This document shows positions 50,894 to 64,000 of a stretch of DNA of 64,000 nucleotides, piece after piece (within the stretch, counting starts at the first letter, position 1; the number at the start of each line of letters is the position of its first letter). The DNA is from Cystobasidiomycetes sp. EMM_F5. Its lineage: Eukaryota. The DNA is taken from assembly GCA_051047955.1 (NCBI GenBank), contig JBPGPT010000019.1, positions 62,001 to 126,000 on the forward strand, in the 5' to 3' direction. Both the position numbers and the translations under genes were made by a program. A model generated the notes under the pieces. It was not told where the DNA came from. It saw only the letters and a program-made list of their open reading frames with translations, and did not search any database.

Positions 50894-52393
50894 ATGTCGT
50901 CGCCCAGCCGTCATGGAGCGGTCAAGTCCTCCGACAGCAATACGAGTGCAAACCCACCTGGCAGCACTCCGTCTGCGCAGTCCTTCATATCGGATCTCAT
51001 TGCCTCATCGCTGCCCACAACGACTGTGAATGGCGCAAAACAGGCATTGTCGCTGCGGACGACCACATCGCACTTCACGCGGTTCGTCCAGAAAGCGGGG
51101 CCCGTCTTTGCAGCCCAGGATGCTGTCGAGAAGGTATTTCGATGGCAAGACCCTCTGCAGACCATCTTTTGCGGCGCCGTATGGGCACTTTTGTGTCAGT
51201 CGCAATAATCTGCGTCATGGAGCAGCAATGGCTTACATTTTGCTGTTTCAGGTCTCTTTCCCCACCTCTTCCTATTGCTGCCCGGAATATGCCTAACCAC
51301 CATCCTGCTTGTCAATCATTCGCGCAGATTTCCTGTCCTGCCAACTAAGGGCCTTTCCAGCGGGCAGCCCACGACGAGCTATTCATACAGCAAGCCTCAA
51401 CCGCCTCCGTCTGGCCAGCCGCCTACAGAGGGATCAGTAGATTATCTTCAGAATTTACAAAACATCCAGGAGTTGATGGGCAGGGTGGCAGACATGACTG
51501 ATGCAGGACGCCGGCTGGTACCGTTTGTCAATTGGTCAAATTCCCGCGTTTCCTCAGTACTGCTGCAGATATCAGCTGCAAGTACACTTCTCATTGGCAT
51601 ACTCGTATACTTTGCCTTGCCGTATCTGGACATGCGATATGTCTTTATGCTGCTAGGCGAAGCTGCGCTAGTTGCAACCCATCCTTTCAGCCAATCGCTG
51701 ACACAAGGCATTGCCAAGTCCCCAGCTTACCAGCTGCGACTGTTACGTGTGAAGCAAGTCATTACCCAAATCTTAGCCGATGATGCTCTGCCAGATGAAA
51801 TCGTCTTGCCCGACAGCAAAGGCAATCAACGAACCATCAAGGAGATTGTCGTCATCGAAAGTGAACGGAGAGGGTTAGACGGTAGCTGGAGTACTGATGC
51901 TCTACGGCTAGGAAAAGACCCGCTTGCATGGCAAATACTGCTGGATGGCAAGGAGCACAAAAATCGCAAGAGCAGTTCTTCTATCGAGTCAGGCCAGGCC
52001 GGATCGACAAGTGAGAAGCAGACAATTTCATCGCCCACTTCTCCCATCTCGCGACACTCTACTGATGGGATTGTCAAGTTTGAGACAATTTCTCCGCCCT
52101 ACGGCTTTGTCTGGATTCCGAATGAAGCTTGGTATATCGATCGTCTCGGTCAATGGAACGGCCCGCCCGGAGTCGACGCCGACGGATGGGCATTCGAAGA
52201 CGCCGACGGCCATGCAATCACCGTCACAGTGTCCAATTCCGCCTCTTTTTCAAACAGCGACAAGACTGCTTCATCGACATCGGAATCTGATGCCAGTAGG
52301 AAGGAGTCTCCTCTGACGATAGTACCGGCTTCTGCAGCGGTGAGGCGTAGAAGATGGTGTAGACGTATAGTAAGTGTACCGACATATAGCTAA
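50894..52393 (+). CDS. Pex24/Pex29-family integral membrane peroxin with dysferlin-like motif
   Basis: FTRFVQKAGPVFAAQDAVEKVFRW; EGSVDYLQNLQNIQELMG; ESERR..W; DADGW; VRRRRWCR. Confidence 0.8.
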
Positions 52394-52601
52394 AGAGACG
52401 AGTGTAGCCTAGTCATTGTAGTGATGCATCGCCTTGCGGCCAGCGTAGTCTACTGTTATGTAAGTAGGGGCGACATCTTCAACGCTCACATATTCCACTG
52501 CGGCGGCTGGTGTTTCAAGTCACGTCAACGGTCTCTCATTGCCGGCAATGCGCTACATCAAAGGAGTGCATAAGAGACAATTCGCACTGATTTCTACGCT
52601 G

Positions 52602-54284
52602 TCAGCTCTCAATATGCGCAGGCTTCGTCTCGGACATCGCTTCATGGGCGATCCTGACCTGTGTCTCTTCTGTTTGGTGGTAAGATCGCGACTCTGCAGA
52701 TCCCTGCCCATACGGTGAAGATGTGAGATTAGCAGCCCAAGCCTGAGCGTTGGACGATGCATATACTTCTCCACGTATATGGTGCTGTGCAGAATGAATG
52801 GCGGAAGCTGGGCTGGGCTCTGGCTCCGGTTGGTAAGAAACGCTTCGAGAAGCGTAATCGTACAAGGCGGACACGAAAGCGTCGGGCCGTTTCGGTGAGC
52901 TGAAGTTACCAGACGAGCGACCAGTATGAGCGATTCTGGACTCTTGCGATGACATGGGATCCTGACTAGCAATACTGCCAGGAAACGAGGGCGATGGTTC
53001 AAGAGGAATTGGCTGTACAGCCGCGGTCTGCGCGTCTGTCCTCGATGTCAGCCACGACACATGGCCAGCAGAGTCGAGGGGCGGTGTCGCGAATGGACTA
53101 GCAACTGGCAAATCCTCATGCGATGCCTGATGTAGTGCCCTAGACGATGTCGAAGGGCCCCAATCTTCGCGCTGTCGACGGACAGACTGCGGCAAGACTG
53201 TTCTGAAAGAGGTAGGGAAGCGTACAGGTCGCGTGAAGGGCATGCCGGATGTGATTGGGCGCTCGTCGTGATCCGGTTGCTTCGCGATAGCAGAATTGAC
53301 TGGTTCGGCATAAGCGGAGTTTAGTCCAATCTCAGGGCTGTTCTGTGCAAGAGTGCTTGCAGGCGATGGAGACGGTCCGCCGCCTCCGCTAGCGCTAGAA
53401 CTAATGCCCGGCTGAAAATCGCGATGACCATGATTGTTCCATGAAGGCGAGTTAGAGGGCTGGTGAGAGTAGGGCAGTCCCGCCGTCGGGAGGGCATGCG
53501 AGTGGTATGCGTCGCTAGAACTGTACGTAGGAGCAGTATCCGGGCGCAAGCTTCGATACTGAAGATGTTCGCGCGATCGGTAGGTTCCCAATTCGTGCTG
53601 TAAGCGAGCAACCATGGCACGAAGATACTGATTGTCTTGCGATAGTCGATCTATAGTAGCTTGCATCTCCGCAGTGGCATCAGATTGATTTGCGTCGTAG
53701 CGTCTCACTCGCTCCTCCAGATCTTTCAGATACTAAGCGTGTACCCTTGATTAGCAACGACCGGATGACATTGTCAACTGACTCACCATCTGACGCCGCT
53801 GACGGAACTGTCTCTGAGCCTTCCTATTCTGTAGCGTGCGTTTCTGTATTGTGCAACAGCGAAAGGCATCTTCGATTACTTATCTTACCTCTCGCAGGTC
53901 ATCTACAGGTTCCTCAATGCTTACACTTATTGGTTGTACGCTATCTGTGGTATTGCTTGCAGCATGTGCCGCCGTCGTCTCCGGAGGAGAATCACTATCT
54001 GGCATATCATCCTGGATTCTTCGAGTTCCGACAGGATGATTCGGTACGGGGTGTCGAGATCCACCGGGCTGCGATGGGATGGTATGAGACGTCTCATAAT
54101 TTTGCTGCAAGTATCCGGTTGATGGTCCTGCTTGAGGCTGCTCGTACGCTTGGTTGTCCTGGTGACCAGAGAAATCGAGCGTTGCACCGGGAATCCCAGC
54201 CCCGTGCAGATTTGCAGCAGAATTACCTCGTCGAAACACTTCGCTACGAGCAAAGTGGCTTTGCCTGTATGCGTTGTCGCTCAT
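52602..54284 (-). CDS. bZIP transcription factor (Yap/AP-1-like basic region)
   Basis: Spliced LREKRTLQNRKAQRQFRQRRQMYLKDLEERV followed by a heptad region (LSQDNQYLRAMVARLQHEL); the basic region sits in a small exon not captured by the ORF track. Confidence 0.8.
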
Positions 54285-54995
54285 ATAGCTACCTAATTGC
54301 GAGACGTAGTTTCACTGGGGTCAGATACCGTCCTGGCAGAGCCGTCGACAGGCGATATCTCGGGCGTTTGGGACTGACGCAGAGTAATTAAAGACTGCCA
54401 GGGTACCTTTGGCAGTAAATGACAGCCGCCGCAAGTTGTCTCTCACTCCAGGATCAGATTGTTGTGTTTTTCCGAGATTTTATTACAGAATCAACCTGCC
54501 CGGAGGTGAGGGTATTACATGAGAGCTTGCGTATGTCTCTTAAACGGTGCCGTATGGGGCAAGGCTTTGCATTTGGGGAGTCCGACGGCGTATAGACGGG
54601 CCAGTATGAAAGAATGATGTTTGGCCGCGTCATTCTGAATGAGTCCGAGTTTGCGACTTTGCTCCACAACGGTCGGCACATGATGATTACGTTATTATCG
54701 CGTAATCAGCGCCGGCCCAGACGAAGCAAGGTGCGGGGTCAAAACCGCCATCGTCCGAAGCGGAATGCAGCAGTGACCGCGAGCGTCGCGGAAACAAGCG
54801 AAAAGCTGTTTGGAATCCCAACATGTGCGCGCTTGGGATTGCTGGTCACGTCAAGATGGATGGTTTGTGCAACAGCTCGCAACGGCTGAGACGGCTTTGT
54901 CTCGGCCGGTCACGACAGCTCGGCGGCCATGGGAACGGATGTGACTGACGAGTCTTTTACATCCTCGAAAGCGTGGTGAGCTTGTGTTCACCCTC

Positions 54996-57052
54996 ACCAC
55001 GGCAAGCACAAATGTACTTTCTGCGCTGGCGTTCTCGTTTTGCGACTGACTGTCAACGGGACATTTTCGCACATACTGAAAAAGCCCCACTTTACAGGAT
55101 TGAAATTCCAGAGTTCTTGAGTCTTCGCCAGATGGTCCGCACTACTTGCGGTGGGACATCGTGCGAAGATGTTTGGAACAGCCTTGTCTTTTCAGATTGA
55201 CATCGCGCTTTACCTTTGAAAAAGTGCAGAGATCCTGTTGCGGAAGGCTTTTGACGCAGATTTTGGCAATCTTTGCGATTCCAGCACGCGTTCGTGGGCT
55301 TTCAAGGATGACTGTGGACATGATCGATCGACATTCAGCATTGACCATTATATCAAGTAACGAGGCTGACCTTGAGTCGCTTGCGACTGGCATGCCAACC
55401 GACTTCTTGCTCTCGTAGCTCCAGGGCGATGTCCGTCCGCCGAATCTCGACAGCCACTATACTGTCAGCTACCTGCAAGCGACGCTTCTTAATTTCGGAT
55501 ACGTTTTGAATCAGTTCGAGACGTGCATCCTGACATGTCAAGAAACGTAAGGCGTTGTTACATCGAGATGTCAGCGATTTGCCACACCTCCATCCGGAAG
55601 CACTTACCTCTTCTTCTTTTCGCGCCTCAAGCATCTTTTGCAGCTTTTCAAAGGCCTCTCTGTCTCTCGAACGCGTTGCTGACTCTTTTCGACCGTCAAT
55701 AGCTGCTTGTACTTGATTCCACGAGGCTGCTATCATGTCGCGCATTGACAAGGAGGTCTGTGCGGCCTTTGCTTTGCCCGATGTTCGAATATGCGGAGGG
55801 CGCTCGGGTTCGGTCTGACTACGTTCTGCGACAAGGTTAAGTGGCCGAAGCGAACCTCCTTCCAGCCAATCGGTCTCTAATGTTGTGCGACGACCAGTCC
55901 GAGCGATCCGTCTCGACTTCGGCGAAGACGAAGGTGACTGTGCCTCATCGACCTCCAAAACAAGATTGGCATCGCCATTATGCACAGTCTCAATGGCTTT
56001 CTCATGCTGGACTGAATCGTGCTCGAGCTTGCGTTTCTTCTCTTTGCGTTCTTCGCTCCCTCTCTGGCTTGTTACCTCGTTCAAAGATGGGACATCTTGT
56101 TGACTCAAGACTTCCTCTCCACCCATCGATTCGAGAACCAATTTCGAGTGTTTCGGATGCGTGGTTACATTTCTCGCAAAGCATCCTGTCTCGGCGTCTC
56201 TGAGAGCAGTCGATTGACTCTTCTGCTTAGGAATACCCTTCTCCGCTGATGCAGCGGTGGCAGAAGATCTTGTAAGCGAAAGGCTTTCGCCTATGTCTTG
56301 ATGCTTTCGCTTGTTGGCAGAGCCAGGCATCGCGCGTCGTTGGCTGTCTCGAAGCTTTGGGCTTTCAACCCCGCTCGTGACGGACGCGGAGTGATAATGT
56401 TCAGCTCGAGGATTCGTTGCTTCCTTGTTGACTGCATGAGCAACAGGTTGAGAGCGATGGCCATGACTTTGGCCATTAGCGTCTGAAAGCCGGACAAGGC
56501 AGTCATTGTGGAACGGTTCAAACAATTGAGCGTAATATTTGAGAAAGAGTGGGCATTATCACGCCGTATAATCAATGTGGGAGAGAGAATGGAAGCAACA
56601 GTTAGCACTGCAACTCCGCCAATGTGCGACATATCGGAAGACTTGCGCACCTTGTTTACGCGTCTCGGAAAGGGTGGAAGCGTTGCGAGGAGAAGAGTGG
56701 GAGGTTCCTAGCTGAGTACGAGAGGTTACTACCGTAGACTCTGTGACATTTGTCAACTTGACGGATGCCAGCTTTGTTTTCGCTACCTCATTGTCGTTTA
56801 GCGTCTGCTGGCTTCATCGCAGCGACGCAAACCAGCTCATCAGCGTTCCAACCGCCAGCTGGCACTTATTAGGCAGTTAGAAGCACACCTCTCTGAAGCT
56901 ACAAGCAGCCCCGCACCACGACGACGTTGCTGCCGGATCTCATCTCGCGATAATGCGCGACCTGGCGTGAATGCTCGGACGGCCGTCGTTTCGGGCTGTA
57001 GGATACGGATAGGTGAGGCTGAGACCCAGTCATCGTCTTCGTCGTCAGCCAT
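54996..57052 (-). CDS. Hypothetical multi-exon protein, disordered with C-terminal coiled coil
   Basis: 390-codon ORF 55353-56525 plus flanking exons with canonical splice sites; ends uncertain; no family recognised. Confidence 0.5.
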
Positions 57053-57321
57053 TCTGGATAGGAGGGTTGCGGTGTTCAGTATGCGCTGGGTGGGCAGGTC
57101 CGTCAAGTTTGCCGATTCTCCACATTGCACGATGATACGTATTCAAGCGCTAAGCGTCTGAGCATTAACAGCACAAGTAGCATCGGATACAGCACTGAAC
57201 AAGTTATCCCTCTACATGTCTGTGACCGGTTCACAGATCTGTACGGTCTTCCGAAACATTTCCATCCTGCAGTGCGTGCGATTCTTTCTCTTTCCCGCTG
57301 TTGCTACTGTTGCTATCGATG

Positions 57322-59928
57322 TCATTGGTGCTGGTGTTGCTGATGTTGATGTTGAGATAGCATAGACTGCTGATACGCTTGCTGCAAGCCAGGCTGACCA
57401 TACTGCTGCTGCACAGCCGTTCGCTGACCGTAATCAGCACGAATGGATCCGATATTGTTTGCAGCTTGCTGTTGTTGCTGTTGCGACACTTGCTGCTGCT
57501 GTTGCATCATGCCGGGATTGGTCTGTTGTCCAGGCGGGCGGTAAAAATGGGCGGGATTGCTCATACTTGCGAGAGAATTGCTATATGAGCCTGTCATGGC
57601 ATTAGAGGGGTGTTGTGGAACTGGCAGAGACGGCGACTGCCGTTGCTGTTGGCCTGCGCCGTACTGAGAAGCCATCGCTGCCTGCTGCGAAGCTTGCTGT
57701 TGCTGTTGTAGCAAGCGTTGCTGCTGCTGCTGCTGTTGTTGCTGTTGTTGTTGCTGCTGCTGCTGTTGATGCTGCTGGTACTGAAATTGTGCCTGCAAGT
57801 GTGCCGAGTGCTGATTCTGTGCAGTATAGTCCGGCTTCTGGGACTGGTCGTTACCTGAACGTATGAGATCCTCTAGCAGTATATCAAGTCGCTCAGATGA
57901 GCCTGTTCCTTGCAGTGCGCTCTGTGTAGGCTGCTGTAGCTGCTGTTGGAGATGCGGTGGCGACTGAGCTGGACGTGTATCGCTAGTGCCGCTTGGAAGG
58001 CCAAATGGGACACTAGCCCTCATAGCGTTGACTGGAGACGCTGTCGAACCATTCGCAGACATACCATTATCCTGCTGTTGCGCCATCTGCTGAGTCGGCT
58101 GAGTAGCAGGGCTTGCAGGCAGCGAGCCAGAGTGCATTTTGCCTACTCTGGGCTTTCGAGTAGCTCTCTTTGAAGCATCGGTGTCTTCGTCGTACGCTGG
58201 ATTGAGACTATATAGTATGCCATTCTTCAAGAAACGACCTCTCTTGAACGCCTTTTGTAGCGCTTGACTGGCCGATGGGCGGAAATTCTCAGTCAAGGGG
58301 TATGCCCTGAAGTAGTGTATACGCTCAGCTGCGGCGTGCTGTAAATTCCTAATCAAGAGCTGTCATACTTACTGAGCCATCCATTGATATAGTGCTCCCG
58401 GTCTGGTACCCTGCGGATCACCGATAGCGGTACAAGCGGCAACGAGCATCTCCTCGTAGCTTGGCATGTCCCCCTTGGCCATGTTTGCGTTCATGATTGG
58501 GGTGGGATAGCCACTCGACATGTTATCAAAGCCGGCAGACGAAGTAGAGATATTGGCCAGATCTTGCATTGGCTCCATAGACATACTTTGGCTAATGGAT
58601 CCATTGCGGGAGCCGCGGGGTCGCCTGCCTGGTTTCCTGCCTGCTGATGCCCCCAACTGCTCGAACGGTTTGTCTTCGTCCACAACCTCGTCCTGCATGA
58701 CGAATTCATCATCCTCGCCAGAGTCCGAGCCATCGTCTGAGATAGCGTCAAGAACGTCAGCCGCTTTTCTCCGAGGCGTACGAGCGATTTCATCTTGCTT
58801 ACCTCTGTCAATCTCCGCTTCTGCTAGACGTGCAGCTTCGGCTTCTTCATCAGCTTGTTGCTGACGCTGAGCACGTATCCGTTCTTGACGAGCTGCCTCT
58901 GCTTCCTCGTTAGACTTTTGAATTATTTCCAGCCTCTTTGCACGGCGATCTGCATTCTCTGCTTCTGCAGCCGCACGAGCAGTACGCGCTCCCTCTAGTA
59001 CTTGATCGAGGTTGGCCGGAAAGACTCTGCTATCAGGATGCTGGGAAATGACTCGCTTGACGAGGGCCAGAAGATTTGCGTGCGTGAGGTAGCTCAACCA
59101 TTCATCTCTTGCTTCTTCTGGGTATTCTGAAGCCATTACACTTTCCTCGGCGTTTGGCAAGGCAATTTCTGCCAATTGCGTAGGCTGAGCTGCGCAGTTT
59201 CCACAAAACCAAGTCGAGCCTTCTTGGGCCACTACTTCCGGACTGACGGGAGGGTCATGGCATAACTGATGCCATCCAAAGTTGCACCTATCGCACAGGA
59301 CTATACGATTCGAGACGGGAGAGTTGCCTTGGTGACACTCGCTGCACATTGTACGGTCTGCAATGTTGACGGCTGTGTTTGCGTCTTGAGCTTTTGCGTC
59401 GACTCCAGAGACAGACCTCTTTCGCCTGCGGTGGACTACAACGATAACGAAGTTAGTTGGGTTCGCGACGGCTTAGGTTGTGGACATTGGTACCCACAAG
59501 AAGGCTTGGAGGTCGGCACAAACGTTTCTGGTTTCGTCACTCTGCGACCAGACCTCGTTTGTGCGGGCTCTGCTTTTCTTCCACGCTTCTTTGCGGGCTT
59601 TGCGCTGTCGTCGTCGGAGTCATTGTCGGATGTCGTGTCCCCTTCGAGCGGTCTAGACCATCTCTTTCGTGCTGATGCAGGCGCAATGCCAGCTCCACTG
59701 CCAGAAGCTGCACCTCGTTTGCCTCGAGTAGCATTCCCATCCGCATTATCCCCCTGCCTGGATGTGTTTGCGAGGTCGGCGTCCCCGGGTTCAGACAGAG
59801 GAGACGAGGCGGCCCTCGTCACGACGGCACCGTTATCAGCGGCCTGGAGAGGTCAATCTCAATGAGCCCTTTGCTTCAAAAGCTACTTGCAAACCACAAC
59901 ACCTCACCGGCACGGGTATACTCGACAT
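57322..59928 (-). CDS. PHD-finger chromatin protein with linker-histone H15-like winged helix and polyQ tail
   Basis: CSECH..IVLCDRCNFGWHQLCHDPP..WFCGNC; PSYEEMLVAAC..ALYQWM..YPLTENFRPSASQALQKAFKRGRF; Q-rich C-terminus. Confidence 0.8.
57695..57778 (-). repeat. CAG/CAA polyglutamine tract
   Basis: Run of tgc/tgt triplets on + strand encoding QQHQ(n)RLLQQQQQ. Confidence 0.9.
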
Positions 59929-60287
59929 TGTAAACCAGTCTCAGCTCGCAACGGGACGAGGGGTTGAGCGACAAATTGCGTCCAGCAGGGCAAATACAAG
60001 CTCGTCGCTCTTTTATTCTCAACTGGCTGCACCACTTTGCCAGTATCTCGTGCCCGGATTGCCGTTTCTTTCGTCTGTATAGTTCCTTGAGGCCGAGGGC
60101 AGCTGTGGGTTCCGGGGATGGCCTAGAAGTGAGAACAGAGCTGGAGCTGCACAGCTGGGAGGACAGCAGTCGAGTAGCCGGCAGCCTTGCAGTCCTCAGT
60201 CCAAGGTGGTTGCCCGTCTTTTTCAGACGGAATTTGGTGCAGGTTCAGACTGCGAATGGGACTCTCAGACCGCGCCCAACTCGTTGA

Positions 60288-61263
60288 ATGCTCGCAAAAA
60301 GCGCAATTAGAAGACTCGCAAACTACCGCACATTATCGTCCACAGCTGCCAGAATGGTGGGTGTCTTGTTGCTGGCTTTTAATGCTGGTTGCCCGACTGA
60401 TGTCGAGATGGTCCAGGGTGTCGAAGTTCAGAGCCTGTCGGCCGGCGACGGCAAGAACTTCCCAAAGAAGGGCGATACTGTGGGTGGTTATTTACCTTGG
60501 ACTGCTGTGGTTTTATTGCTTTGATTGGACTCGTTGCTGATTTATATCCCAACTCCGCCGTCGACGCCGTGACGTGACAGGTCTCGATGGTGAGGCATTG
60601 TCCAATACATATGTACGAAGCACAGACGGCTAATACTTACATCTTACTCTTGTAACGTCCCTCAGCACTACGTAGGAACCCGTAAGTGTCTCCCGAAATA
60701 AAAAGACATCTCCGACAATCAGAATAGCTAATCACTCACACCACCCTCAGTCCTCGACGGCTCCAAGTTTGACTCTTCCCGTGACCGCGGCAAGCCATTC
60801 CAGACCAAGATTGGCGTAGGCCAGGTGAGCTTTCCCCGATCCATCGCTTCAGCCACTGCATATGCTGACAATTTGAACAGGTCATCAAGGTAGGCACAAA
60901 TACAGACATCGAATAGGAGATACAGAGCCTTACTTGCTTCAAAGGGTTGGGATGAGGGAGTGCCCCAGCTTTCTCTCGGCGAGAAGGCCGTCTTGACCTG
61001 CTCGCCAGACTACGCCTAGTGAGTCATTGTGACTTCCCGATGATTTTCGCCGGACACTAACACATATTTCCAGCGGCGCACGCGGCTACCCACCGTAAGG
61101 CAGGACTCAGTCATGTATGTTAATCTTCTGACATCTCTCTTCCAGAGTCATCCCCGCCAATGCCACCCTCAAGTTCGAGTGAGTGCTCTCTACCCCTCTT
61201 TCACTACTTATCTGCACCTGCTGAATCATCAAACACAGGGTCGAGCTACTCAAGATCAACTAA
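60288..61263 (+). CDS. FPR1: FKBP12 peptidyl-prolyl isomerase, 10 exons, with upstream in-frame N-terminal extension
   Basis: Spliced [108 protein letters not shown]. Confidence 0.97.
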
Positions 61264-62157
61264 ATCATACTCTCACGGATGTCTTGACTGGATACGCTGC
61301 GCATCTGGGAGGGAGGCTTTTCTAAAAGCCCGTCTCTAAGTATCGGTAGCTAGCAATGTTCATGATAGATATTTAGAGATGTGTGTTATGCAAAGAACAA
61401 GCAAAGGCACATTATGCCATTAGATCTATCACTGAAAGCGGCTGCTCGAGTCTGCCATGACATCGGACGTGATTTTACATTGAAGGCTCCGAATCTTGAG
61501 GCCGCGACGAAGACAGTCTGCGTAGTGTGTTTACTCTACCAAAGGACTTGCAGGACCATTTCAGACCATACCATGCCCCAGCTTGTGCCCGCCTGCGTAA
61601 CATCGTCCGACAATATCGCCCAACCTGGAGCTTGATTCCCACCTAACCCAGGCTCTTGGTCTACTGTCTGCTTTCTGGCGACCCTGTACGACCGGAGCGG
61701 CCTCTTCGAATCGTCCGAACTCAGTGCTGTCTGAGCTGGCGGACTGCGCTACGTCTGGTCGACCCCATCTACGCTCTTTATTCGACGAGGAATTCGGTTT
61801 TCTCGTTTTCAGAAACCCAGACGAACCCTGCAGTAGCATTGCAGGGCATACGACTACTCGGTCGCTGTACTAGACACCATACAGTCATCGTTACCCGCTG
61901 AAAAGCGGGAGATATCTGCGAGGTTAGCCGCTGGCAGTCAGCGCTTCCCAGCATGTTGTTGACCTGCATGCTCAGCCAGAGGCTTCACTGCAACGCAAAG
62001 ACCTGCAGATCTTTGAAAGCAAGATCAACAGCGACGAGCAGACAGCCCCACAAATTTCATCAACGTCTAGGTGGCCAGTTCTTTCGACTTTCTTGGTGAA
62101 AGGAGTGGAAACGGCTACCCAGACAAAGCACTTGGATACACACGCCAGTGGACCAGC

Positions 62158-63161
62158 ATGTTCTTTGCTGTGAGGGCTCTTGAGATGCCAGACAGTATTA
62201 CATGAGCGAACGCATTGTTCGCTGACATGCGGTTTTGTACGTGCGTATTCCTCGCAAATATATGTATCGAAATGCTCCCCGGCCACTCTTTACGTAGAAG
62301 GAGCTCTCGCACACCATCAACCTCCATCCGTCATACTTTGGACCGCAGACTGATCTATACCTCAAGAATAAACTGCATGCCGATGTCGAAGGGACATGTT
62401 CTGGCCGACTTGGCTTCATAATTGCTGTTCTAGCCGTGCGCATCTGGAGTCTCCGCGCAGTATTACACATGATGCTGAAGACTATCTGGCTTGCTTTGTC
62501 TCTCGCGTCGTCATGCAGGTTCTCAATGTCGGTGCAGGGACGATACAGCCCGGCACAGGCATGGCACAATTCATAGTCCAATACAGAGCCATCGTCTACA
62601 AGCCCTTCAAGGATGAAGTAGTCGATGGCACAGTCACAACTGTCAACAAGGTTCGTAGTGTGCAGTCTCTGATAGCGAGACGTGTTTTGGGTAGCATTGA
62701 CTCTTGTTCATAAACCCAGCTTGGGTTTTTTGTCGAAATTGGCCCTCTGAGCGCCTTTGTTGCGCACCAGGTATGTTCAACTTACAATACTTTGATGATT
62801 ATCAAGCTCATTATTCGACACGACGGTAGTTGATACCAGCGGATTTACGGTTTGATCCAAATGCGAATCCGCCCTGTTTTAGCAGCAGCGAAGAGCAGAT
62901 AACTATAGAACGCAATTCTAGAGTACGCTTAAAAATTGTGGGAACGCGAGTGGATGCTACCGAGATTGTAAGTCTATCCTAGCCAGGCAGCATACAACTT
63001 GTGCTGACGGTCAATGGTGCAATACCCTAGTTTGCGATAGGTGCGTTTTCGTGTCTTTCATGAATGTCCTCTACCGATATCGAGCAATTCTAACGTCTGC
63101 TTTGTATCTGCTTTCGCCAGGCTCCATTCGAGAGGATTATCTAGGGTTAATACAAGCGTGA
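62158..63161 (+). CDS. RPB7: RNA polymerase II subunit 7
   Basis: [82 protein letters not shown]. Confidence 0.95.
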
Positions 63162-63651
63162 CGGAACTGCTGTATGATGCTGTACAACACACAAACAAAA
63201 AGCGCGAGAGAAGACGCGCATAGGGATGCCAATCGTTATTGCGCGACATCTACTTAGAGGGTCGCCAACATCAGTTCAGTCCGTAGTCGACATTTCCGAT
63301 GGGCATCTCGAGGCCTGGCCAGGCGGCCTTTAAGCAAGACCGGCTTCGGAGTTCTGCAATCGCGTTCTTTGGGTGGCATGTGAGCTCGAGTGCAGGCTGT
63401 ACGTAACATCCAGAACGCTGTCGCCGTGTTGTAGGAATACAACCCATGCGCAACCCGCGTAAAAGCGCTTGACTCTCCCGTAGATCTCTAGACTGTGCCC
63501 ACACTTGACAATTCGCACCGTCTCCGCCTTGTTTGCTTGGATTTCCCTTTTACTTGGCCATCATCGTTTGCCGTTTGCCACTTCCACGTCTTGCATTGGC
63601 TCGACACCAATATACATTTCCTGACTGCTGAGCTGTGAGGCTGCCCACAAT

Positions 63652-64000
63652 ATGCGCTGGTCGACGTCTGCGGGACGGTACAGGCCGCCGTCGCTGCAAT
63701 CTATACTGCCGTGGCTCTTTCTGCTGGCGCTGCGTCAGTTTGGACTGCAGATTGCGCAGCTTGATGCGAAAAAGCTGAGACTTTCTGACGTTTTCAGAGC
63801 TGCTACACCAAGTACACGCTGCGGACAGCAAGCCAGACGTGGCCCATACGCTGTTCAAGAATCTCCCGACTCGCATAATCTACTTTGAGGATACGAGCGT
63901 AAGCGCGTTTAGGGTGTCTTCAAAGGCAGGCTGAAGAGAGTCTTATGTTCTATGATCCCACAGGTCATTCTATACCACGACGCAGCAGACAGAAACGTAT
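63652..64000 (+). CDS. VPS10: 5' end of vacuolar sorting receptor Vps10/sortilin (runs off right edge)
   Basis: Hydrophobic leader, then spliced KPDVAHTLFKNLPTRIIYFEDTS/VILYHD, resembling fungal Vps10 N-termini. Confidence 0.6.

Overview
Intron-rich fungal genomic DNA, most likely from a basidiomycete yeast (inferred from short GT-AG introns with CTRAC/CTAAC branch points, micro-exons and gene content). The window has three zones. (1) 1-19.5 kb: a seven-gene putative catabolic cluster (two anion:cation-symporter MFS transporters, two cyclase-family metal hydrolases, a D-2-hydroxyacid dehydrogenase, an HpcH/HpaI aldolase and a Zn2Cys6 regulator). It is bracketed by diverged direct repeats of the farnesyltransferase beta gene RAM1; the right copy is 3'-truncated, and a decayed inverted fragment of one cyclase gene lies at the left edge. 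(2) 19.7-31.6 kb: a tandem array of four diverged F-box-like genes, one apparently frameshifted, plus an orphan gene. (3) 31.9-64 kb: dense housekeeping genes (DnaJ protein, RAD4/XPC, KHE1-like, ULP2-like SUMO protease, RAD50, RPN13, Pex24-family peroxin, bZIP factor, PHD/H15-like protein, FKBP12, RPB7, start of VPS10). All gene models were spliced by eye, so the coordinates are gene spans including introns and some ends are approximate. No database searches were run.
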